Part shown: in pieces, positions 54,655 through 64,000 of the stretch
Layout: each line of letters begins with the position of its first letter
How positions within the stretch are numbered: the stretch's first letter is position 1
NCBI GenBank assembly: GCA_050084515.1
Contig: CM114271.1
Location: forward strand, 24,800,001 to 24,864,000
Length of the DNA stretch: 64,000 bases
DNA from: Blasia pusilla
Taxonomy: Eukaryota
Direction of reading: 5' to 3'
Made by a program: the position numbers and the translations under genes
Notes under the pieces: model-generated
What the model was told of the DNA's origin: nothing
The model's database searches: none
Seen by the model: the letters and a program-made list of their open reading frames with translations, nothing else

Positions 54655-55940
54655 TTGGCTAGTGATACGTCGATCTTTCGTCGACCCTACAGGTATTCTT
54701 ATATGGAGCGAGCCTTGATTCAGAGCAAGAGTCAGGACTTGTTGGAGGGAGGACTTATGGAGTTATCACATGGGGAGTATGCATCTCCCACAGTCATGCC
54801 GACAAAGAATGATATATATGGCAATTGGACGGATAGGCGGATGTGTGGAGATTACCGTCCTATCAACCAACAGACGAGGTCAGATCGGTACGCCATGCCT
54901 ACTCCCGAGGAGATCTTTGATGTGGTAGGGAATGCAAAGATCTTCAGTACTTTAGATCTCCATGATGCTATCATCATCTTCTTATTAGGTTGGAGGACAA
55001 GGAGAAGACAACATTCTGGGGGATAGATCGGTTCGGGAGAGATTGCTTATATCAGTGGCGGTTCTTACCATTTGGGTTGAAGAACGCGCCTGCAGAGTTT
55101 TAGAGAGTGATGGATAGGATTCTCGCTGGCTTGGATTTTGTACGATGTTACATAGATGATATTCTTATCTTCAGTTCCATGGTTGAGGAGCATGAGCGAC
55201 ACTTGGAGGAGGTGTTTCGGCGATTGCGTTACATGGACTGAAGTTACATCCAGGCAAGTGCAGATTCTTTCAGGAGTAGATTGAGTACTTGGGACACATC
55301 ATATACCCGAGTGGGTTAGGCGTTCAGAGATGAAGGTAGAGGCTATTGCGCAGATTCCACGCCCTATAGATGTGAGTCGGGTCCGAGCATTTCTTGGACT
55401 GGCGAACTTCTATCGACGGTATGTCAAGGGTTTTAGCGCGATCACAAAGTCTTTGACCTTGTTGACGAGACTTGATCAGGTTTGGTTGTGGGGAGACGAT
55501 CAGGAGCGAGCATTTTAGGAGCTCAAGGACAGGTTGACGTCCTCACCCATTTTACAGAGACCGGTTAGGGGTCGCCCATTCCAGTTACATATGGATTGGA
55601 GCATGTTGGATCTAGGAGCAGTGCTTACTCAGAGGGATGACGAGGAGAGGGAGTTCGTTGTGGCTTACGCGAGCCGATCAAACAACATTGCAGAGGCGAA
55701 GTACAGCTCCTACAAGGGAGAGTGCTTGGCTGCAATGTGGGCCATGCCACATTTCATGTGCTATTTATTCGGTAACCCTTTCACACTTATCACTGATCAT
55801 CCGCCGTTGAGGTGGTTGATGGAGTCCGACAAGCTCACGGGAAAGCTTGCTAGGTGAGCTCTTTTACTACAGGAGTATGAGTTTGAGGTGTTTCATAGGC
55901 CAGGTCGGCTGAACCAGGATGCGGATGGGTTGAGTCATAA
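54655..55940 (+). pseudogene. Ty3/Gypsy reverse transcriptase and RNase H of copy C
   Basis: RMCGDYR, FSTLDL, LPFGLKNAP, CYIDDIL, FLGLANFYRRYV, VVAYASRS, ITDH.PL. Confidence 0.95.
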
Positions 55941-56199
55941 CCCATATCCAAGTCAGAGAGACGACACAGGAGCTAGATGGCACGGAGAGAGTAATGAGGA
56001 GATGGTGCCCGGTTGGCATGCATCTGCCTATCTTTGTTGGCTGACTATGGTAGGTCAGCCACAGGTGATGACTCCAGTGGTGGAGTTGGATGATGAGTCT
56101 TTGGATCCCGAGTTTAGTGAGGAGGCGAAAGGTGGTCGTGATATCCATGATGACGTGGAGGTTGTGGAGTTCTTGCGCACTGGCGTCATTGCGAGTACA

Positions 56200-57581
56200 G
56201 TGAGTGCTAGGGAGCGGGATCGGATCCTAGAGAGAGCCAAGAGGTTCAGGTGGGAGGGGACTCACATTTTGCGGGTATGGGGAGATGGTAGGATACGAGT
56301 GGTTCCTCATCTTCCCATTGAGCACGTGTAGTGCGACATGCCCATGAGGAGTTGGGACATTTCGGAGTAAAGCGTACTTACAGCTTACTCCAGGTTCACT
56401 ATTGGTGGCACGGCATGCATCTTTGGGTACAACGGATTTGTGGCGGATGTATGGTATGTGACAGAGTGCAAGCATCCTTTAATGCTCCAACTCCGCAGTT
56501 ACATCCTTTGCCGATTATGGGTTTAGGTTATCGGTGGAGTTTAGACTTTGCGGGACCTTTGCCATTGACGGGACATCATCATAGGTACGTGTTGGTCATG
56601 GTGGAGCATTTCTCCAAATGGATAGAGTTAGTGGCACTACCAAATAAGGCGAGCGAGGGAACAACTTATGCATTTCTAGATCGTGTGCTTAGTCACTTTG
56701 GTGCACCGGTGGAGGTGTTGACTGACCAGGGTACCGAGTTCAAGGGAGAGTTTCAGGCCTTGTGTGATCAGGCGCTGATAGATCACCACACCACGTCCAG
56801 AGATCATCCTGAGGCGGATGGGTTGGCGGAGAGAGTGGTACAGCCGGTGAAGAGAGGATTGCGCAAGTATGGCTTGCAGCAGGGACAGTTGAGGGAGTGG
56901 GACCTACAGTTGCCATGGTTGGCTATGGGTTATCGCTTTGGTCGGCAGGCATCCTTTGCATCATTTTCACCGTACTTTTTGCTCTTTGGGAGAGAGCCAG
57001 ATTTACCTGCAGCGATTCGACGTGACATGGTGGAGGTGTTAGATCTTGATGATCCAGATATATGGGTACATGCATGTTCTTAGAGGGCAGAAGTTTTTCG
57101 TAGAGTTATGCCTATGGCCTTTGAGAACTTAGCTATTGCCCAACATAGAGATACATTGAGGTACGTGACCATTCGTGGAGGAGATTATCATCCAGGGATT
57201 AGAAGGTTTCATCCTGGAGATTACGTGTATTTACAGCAGGCGGCACCCACAACGCTAGATGTCACTGCAAGGTTCACAATCCTACGTGTGCGCGAGGTAT
57301 TACCGACCGGAGTCCTCATGTTGGAGGGACGGGATGGTATGGTTTGTAAGGATCATGTGCGCAATTGTGCGCCATATCATCTTCCGAACGTAGATGGGAC
57401 GGTGGTTCTGAGCTTGGCAGTGGTACCTGCAGGCTTGAGGTGTATGTTGTGCGGATCTGCGAGGGGTGGAGCCACCATGTTGGTATGTGATGGTTGTTCT
57501 TGAGGGTGGCATATGTCATGTCTGACCCCCCCTCTTGATGTGGTTTCCACGGGACGATGGATGTGTCCGAGATGTGTATAG
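56200..57581 (+). pseudogene. Integrase with C-terminal PHD finger of copy C
   Basis: HHCC motif (HAHEELGH..CMVC), SLDFAGP, LTDQGTEF, DGLAER; PHD CMLC..CDGC..WHMSC..WMCPRC at 57441-57575. Confidence 0.93.
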
Positions 57582-60099
57582 GGTAGTAGGTCATGTTAGA
57601 GAGATGTGATATTTTCTATCTGGAGTTTGGGAGATCCAACTGCCAGCTAGGGGCACGGTTGTGTGATCTCCATGTATATGTATGAGTTGATTTTTGTACA
57701 TGTGTGGATCGACCCGTGTGTGGGGAAGATCGGTGTTGTGTGGTATAAATGTGACCAGCGATGTATGTTGTGTAGCGATATGTATGCGCACGACGACAAC
57801 TCTGTTGAATAAATATAATTCATTCCCTCATTTGTAACAAAATCAATACTAAGATAAATATGGTTTTGTACATAATATACACTTTTTAGAAAACATTTTC
57901 CCAAAAACTTAGTCTAAATTTGATAAATTAGACAAAATTAAGTCATTTTCATTAAGAGTAAGAATATTAAGAATAAAAATTATTACCTATCCATAAAATA
58001 GAGACATGACTTATGTATTTATGTCATCAACATCTCTATTTCTTGGTTTAAGAATAATTGTATCTCTCAAAAATTTGATGTCATTAAACCTTTGAAGATC
58101 ATTCCCATATATAATATCAATAAGATAATTTACATTCTTGCTATAAGCAATCATGTTAGATAGTAGTGGAATAAAATCTTCTCCCAAAGAAGTATGTAAC
58201 GGAAACACCTAAAGCAATACCTCCCTTACTTCTTACTCTTGCAAGGAGAAAATTATATAATAAGGTCTTTTATGTTCCACCTAGGCCATCCATAAAAAAA
58301 ATTTACATAAGGTTAGATCATTATGTGTCATGTTATCCAATTGATCTTGCAATTGATTGTGTATAGCATCCCAAATGATCCATTGTCCATCATTCAAAGA
58401 TGCCTCTCCACTTCTAACTTGCTCACGTAAGTCATTTTGATTATATAAGAGTGTCTCTTCCTCCAAAAGTGTTTGTGAATGAGGGGATTCAAAGTTAGGT
58501 TGTGGCATATCTGGAAAATCATACAATCTCTTTCGAAGATCTTGCAAATGATAATGCAGTGTTAATGGTAGAAGCATCAAGTGGAAGATTCGGAATTCTT
58601 CTTATCTGCAAGGACAACCGATATAAATCTAAAAGCTATCCATAGATATGGTTGTGAATAGGAAGAAGGAAAAGAAGAAGAAAGATGAACAAAGTTCTAA
58701 TTCTTTTGATTACCTCATGTTGTTCATATAATATATCCTCTATGAGTGGAGCCAAAAATTGACTTCATGCTACAATCAATCTAGTAGGTATATTATAAGG
58801 CAAAATAACAACAAATAATTGGCAAAGTGAGGAACCGATGCGAATCTCTGAAGATTCTTGTAAGCAAGAGAAGACTTCATTATCATCCTCAAGAAGTCCC
58901 AATTGAAAAGCAACTTCCTTAAAAGTTGGATGTATTACTCTATGTACAATTCTCAAGTGTTCATAGAAAGACGCACCTAGAACATGATGAAGAAGTAATC
59001 GTAGCCAATGACGTTCTACGTCAACTGTTGAAACATATGTAATTGGTTGGATCATTTAGTATCGGAAAAAAATCACTTATTTTCTTACATTAAAATTTGA
59101 AAGTTAAATAAGAAATTCAACCCAAATTAAAATAATGGCTACATAAGCATAGTACAATATATATTGTTTACTTGGATATGTAAGGCATAAATATCCAATA
59201 AGATGACGCAACCATTTATTCTTTGTATTCTACGAACTCTTTTTTTTTTACTCCAACGATAATATAAAGGAAAGTTATGATCTAAATACTCTCGAGCCAT
59301 TCGATCCAGTTGACAAGAAATAAACCATTGAGCTAAGGTGGTCTCCCTATTTCTTTGTAAAATATCTCATGCATGTCAAAATCACTGATGTAAACCATTT
59401 ATGCCTTTGCTAGATGAAGAGCCAATCTCATTACACTTGGATGTTCAACATATAAATTAAACTTGAAAAGTTGCCAACATGCCTCTAAAGAAGAGATATA
59501 CCTACATACAATTCCAATATAACTTACTTTATAGACTTCAATGTATATAATGTCATTAAAAAATTGAATGAGAATTAGAAAGAGAATAAAATTCTGTTAA
59601 GTTTACCTTGCATCGAGATATATGTTTATCTCATAGATGATCTCCATTGTCGTGGAGGTATCCATATCTTTTGAGACCTTAAATGATATAACATCAAATC
59701 CCTTACATACATATTTATATAAGTATTTCACCGCAGAAATATTATTTCTGATCTCCAAATTAATTTGAAAATCAAAGAGGATATATAATAAAGGATTATA
59801 AGGCATGACCCATCAATTATCCAAGCACTTGTCGCGCTGAATTATCTTCTTTCCATCGTCCAATCTAGCGAATGTAGCGAGAACAGATATAAGATATAAG
59901 ATATGAAGATTAGAAGAGATGAAAGATATATGTAGGATTTACAACCAAAAATAAATAAAATTTATACACTACAAGAAGCTCTACTTTAGAGTTCATTGAG
60001 AAATTAATAGTTTAAGAACCTTTGATAGATTGGGTAACCATCTTCAATCTCCGAAGTCAGAGCCGTAAATGCCTTGGCATAGCCTTTGGTATATTTTTT

Positions 60100-62600
60100 A
60101 GTTTCCCTATCCATGCATCACCTTGTACTTTGCCTCGATAGAAGAAAGAGATATTGTAGGTTTTTGACCCATGATTCCACACCTGATCCTATCAAGAAGC
60201 AAAAATCCAAAACAAATCTTTGTGAATCTGATTCTTCAGCCCAAGTTGAGTTACAAAAGCCTATCATTTTGTCCCAACGCTATAAGTGATGCCATAGTCG
60301 CTAGTGCATGTGGTGTACTTCAACAAACGCACCCATGCCTTCCAATGATTGTCACGAGGCTTAGTTGAGAACCTACTCAAAACACCCAAAGCGAAATTGA
60401 TGTCTAGTCTTGTTGTATAATAAAGTATCAAACTTCCCACTAGCCTTCTATTCGTTGATGCATCGTGATCTAATCCAGCTGGGCATCTTAATGCAATATA
60501 GGGTTAGAGCATCCCAACAACACTAGTCAAGAAATTACCCACTTCATATTACTACAACTTCTTGGACGTCTAAATCAAAACCATCAATTAAAGCTTTTCC
60601 TCATGTAAGGGGGCCCATCACATCAATGGTGCACAACAAGAAGTGGATGTTGAGAATCCATCATATATGGCACTAAAAGCAATCATTTTCATGATAGTAT
60701 TCATAAGGCAAGTTTGCTACTATCCTCATGCAAAATAATATTAAAAAATAAGCTCTTTTGTAGTATTATTTGCCTAAAGAGCCCTAACAAGAAAAAAATT
60801 GCCCCGTAAGCCCTATCAAGCAAATAGTGTTTTTGTAGATAGATAGGAACTTTATAACTTGTGCCTTATGGATGGTTATCTTGCAATTAACATGGTTGTA
60901 CATATCATTATCTTTATTTTTTACTGAATTTTCATAAATTATAATATGTATATATAAATTCAATTTGGAATTGATTCTCCTATTTTAATTTTATACTTCT
61001 TATATCTTGTAATTAATAGGACTCAAATGTCACTATTAATTTGGTAGATAAATTGATTTTTCTTGAGTTATCGTATAAATAATAAGACCCCGACTTATAC
61101 CAAATGAAATATTACTATACTCTTTTATAAGAAAAAATATTTTGAGCCCATAGTAGTTTGCATAATATTGGTTGAATTTTGAAAATCATATCCCCAATCC
61201 TCTCTCTCATTTAAAAAACAAAAAAACCCCTTCCCTTCCTTTATTTTCATTGTGGAAAACAAAAAAATTCCCATTTGGAATCAAGGTTTCATGGAAACGG
61301 ACAAGTCCGAGAATGTCCATGGACATGCCCAGCGGGTCCCTTCCATGTGCCTGAGCTCCTAATGTAGATTCGGGCTCGGCCAACCCATATCCATTTTTTT
61401 GCCCGCATAAATCCCATTTGTAGCCCATGAATGAGCCTACACAGGGCCCGCCATACCTCGAGTCATGCGCGGGCTTCATACGGGCTATAAAATGGGTGTG
61501 GGCTGGCCAAGCTTGGATCTACATTATGGGCTTGGCGGGCTTGGGTGTGGGTCGTGGGTCCGCGAGCCCGCACGAACATATCTGTCCTAGGGATGGACAT
61601 GGACTTTGTCTCTGTATAACCTTATCTCCTATGATGATGAGATCATATACTTAAAGGATGACCAACATGTACATCCCATCTTCACAAAATACATACAATT
61701 TTGCTTCTAAGATACTCTTGGTGAGGCCCATTTCTTTGAAGAATGTACGTCATTGTTGATACCATACCTTAGGGGCTTGCTTTAGCCCATACAATGCTCA
61801 ACGAAGTAGACCTACTTTCTCTTTTGATTTGGGTATCTCAAAATCTAATGGTTGAGATACATACACTCCTCTTTAAGACTACTATTAAGAAATGAAAACC
61901 TTACATCACACTTGTATACATGCCAACGTCTTATTCTCACCACAACTAGAACAATTTGAATGGTTATCATCCTTGTAATAGAGCAAAAGTCTCATAGTAA
62001 TCAAAACCTTCAATTTGTGAACAACCTTGTGCAACCAATCTTGCTTTGAGTTTATCCAACATACCTTTCAACTTCTACTTGGTCTTGTACATCCACTTGG
62101 TACAAAATATCTTACTCTCCTTAGCTTCTGAACCAAAGTCCAAATTTTCTTTCTTTGAATAGCATCCATCTCTATTTGCATGGCCTCTTTCCATTGAGAA
62201 TCCACAAGAGCCTCGTCCAAGCATGTTGTTTCTTCCACCTTCAAGAACTTTATTATTAAGGCCATATTGACAAGATGTGCATAAGCTCTATTGCGCTCTT
62301 CTAGTCTCTTGGATCTCCTTGGATATGTAGTTGGTGGATCCTTACCATCCAAGAACAACTTTATCCACTCAAGGTATAATGACCATAGGGGAAGAGCAAG
62401 TTTCTCTTTGTACTTATCACTAAATTCTTTTTCTTGGTGATTTGGTGCATGCATTGATGATGTGTTTGGGTGGGTTATCTCTCTGTTTGAGGATAATATG
62501 GATGGACCACTAATATTTGCTACTTGACAAGGTTGTTCTTGAAACAACACATCAAAACTCCACCACTCATTGAAGTCGGTAGGAGATTTCACCGCCACAG
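60100..62600 (-). mobile_element. Ty1/Copia pol remnant, interrupted
   Basis: WKEAMQIEMDAI, ALYGLKQAP..W (about 61790), RRLVGSLI..TRLDI.FALGVLSRF (about 60400), ISLSSIEAKY (about 60140). Confidence 0.8.
61280..61590 (-). mobile_element. hAT-like MITE, homologue of 13308-13870
   Basis: Shares GGACAGA..TTCGTGC, AGGGACCC.TGGGCATGT and TTTCCATGAAACCTTG blocks in reverse orientation. Confidence 0.5.
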
Positions 62601-64000
62601 CCCCAATGGCTTATCCAAATAATGTGAGGGTAGGGAAGGAGAGTGTCCCCCTCATCCCTCCCCTTATAGGTACGCTTGAATTTTATCCCCCTATTCATCT
62701 TAAAATCCCAATTCCCAAACCACTTGCTCTCAACAAAGAACTCATCTTAAGGCTTGCTTCTCCCTCTTGGCTCTCACTTAGTTCCCATAAGGAGTTCCAC
62801 ATCTTTCCCCCAAAGACTTGTATAAACCCACATATCTATCTTGCCTCTTGGCTAGTCTTAGCATGGGGCCTAGGTATAGTTTGCCAAACCTCGGTCTTAA
62901 GGGTTGTATGTTTTCTCACATATTTTGATCTCCCTTAGGTATATTTTTTTTGCCCTTTCTCCAAGCGCAAGGCTTATCTCGTGACTTGCCGCTTACCTAG
63001 TCTTGTGAGTGACTCAGTAGTGTTTGTTCTACCTTCGTGCTTCCATTAAGATCGATCCTCATTTAACGTGCAACCATAACTTGCTTGTTGAATCCCTCCA
63101 GTGTATGCATCCAAGACTTAGCTATTTATGATGACTTTTATTCCTTTTCTTTCAAAATACCTTAACTTTCGCCTACTATGATACGTTTTCAACACATAAA
63201 AACAACATGTGTACTACCATCACCCATATCTATTGGAGTTCTCTCACCTTGATCACAACTAAAAAGAGTTACGAATCCCACCCAAGAAATTACTCAAACA
63301 TGATAATCAAGTTTATTAGGGTGTAGATAATCAAGTTTATCTTCCTATGTCTATTTGTTCCCGATGCTCTATCTTTGGAGACATAAAACTAGACAAAAAG
63401 AGAATGTGAGAACTTTATACAAGAGAGGACGGAAAGATAGGAAAGCATATCCTCCTCCTTTTCCCCACCCTCCTCTATTTAGTGGTAATATTATAACAAA
63501 CTGTACTAATCAACACCAAATAAATATAATAAATACCAACACTAGAGAGAATCCATGGCATTTAACATTGAATCTTTTACAACTAGGTCTAAGAAAAATG
63601 AGCTTCAAACTAGTCTAATTGGAAAATTCCAACGTGTAAAATTCTATTTAAAAGAAGAATATATACAAGACTATTCAAGTTCAAAAGGAGGACGTGTCCA
63701 TAATATTCAATTTTATTTGAAAAGAAATAGTCTTAAAATAAGTAATTAAGGATATTTCAAAGTGGTTATTTTGGTTTTTTACTAGTAAAAGTACGTAAAG
63801 TTGTAGTAAATAGTAGAGGTGAAATGAAATGTGTCAATTTAGCTATTTATTTTTATAAAAAATAAAAATTTTAAAAAAATAAGAGAAAAACTTCATATGA
63901 ATTTTAGAATATAGTGTTATGGCTAATGTTACTTCTAATTTTTACAACTAGGTGAACCAACAATAATGAACTAGAATTTTTTACAAATCCTTCTTCTTCT

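Larger units (their letters stand above)
49211..57798 (+). mobile_element. DNMT-retroelement copy C, complete 8588-bp insertion without LTRs
   Basis: Ends TGTCAC...GACGACA, flanked by duplicated (A)ACTC (49207-49210 and 57799-57802). Removing it restores the Helitron reading IYSTEFLNIC. Confidence 0.93.
48648..59830 (-). mobile_element. Decayed Helitron (RepHel) split by DNMT-retroelement copy C
   Basis: PYNP..AVKYLYKYV.KG (59800), LRLLLHHV.GA.F (59000), LNDGQ (58400), ILKPRN..VDDIN (58030), YSTE|FLN..PHRL.LK..PIVVLRN (across the insertion). Probable 3' end ...CTTACTAG|T at 48648. Confidence 0.88.

Noticed and set aside
49211-57798. DIRS-like tyrosine-recombinase element or Ginger DNA transposon as the explanation for missing LTRs
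   Set aside because: The element has a DDE integrase, a protease and a TSD (unlike DIRS), and a full gag-RT-RNase H (unlike Ginger).

Overview
Repeat-rich eukaryotic DNA, most likely a non-flowering land plant (inferred from the spliced genes and TE content; the species cannot be determined). Only two intact-looking host genes are present, convergent, at about 38.9-45.6 kb: a secreted Ole e 1 / proline-rich / PDF1-like cell-wall protein (+) and a Kir (IRK)-type inward-rectifier K+ channel homologue with a non-GYG pore signature (-). The rest is nested, decayed transposons: two CACTA elements, Helitron and Copia remnants, a hAT-like MITE pair and a 2.3 kb solo-LTR-like insert. The main finding is a multi-copy Ty3/Gypsy-type retroelement family whose pol region reads gag - protease - DNMT3-like C5 cytosine methyltransferase - RT - RNase H - integrase - PHD finger. 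Three large copies and several fragments are present, all with stops or frameshifts. The best-delimited copy (49211-57798) splits a Helitron helicase exon with a target-site duplication and TG...CA ends, yet has no LTRs and no obvious PBS or PPT. Other copies are joined tail-to-head through a near-palindromic GACA-NN-TGTC junction, which suggests an unusual replication route. All comparisons were made by eye, without alignments or database searches.
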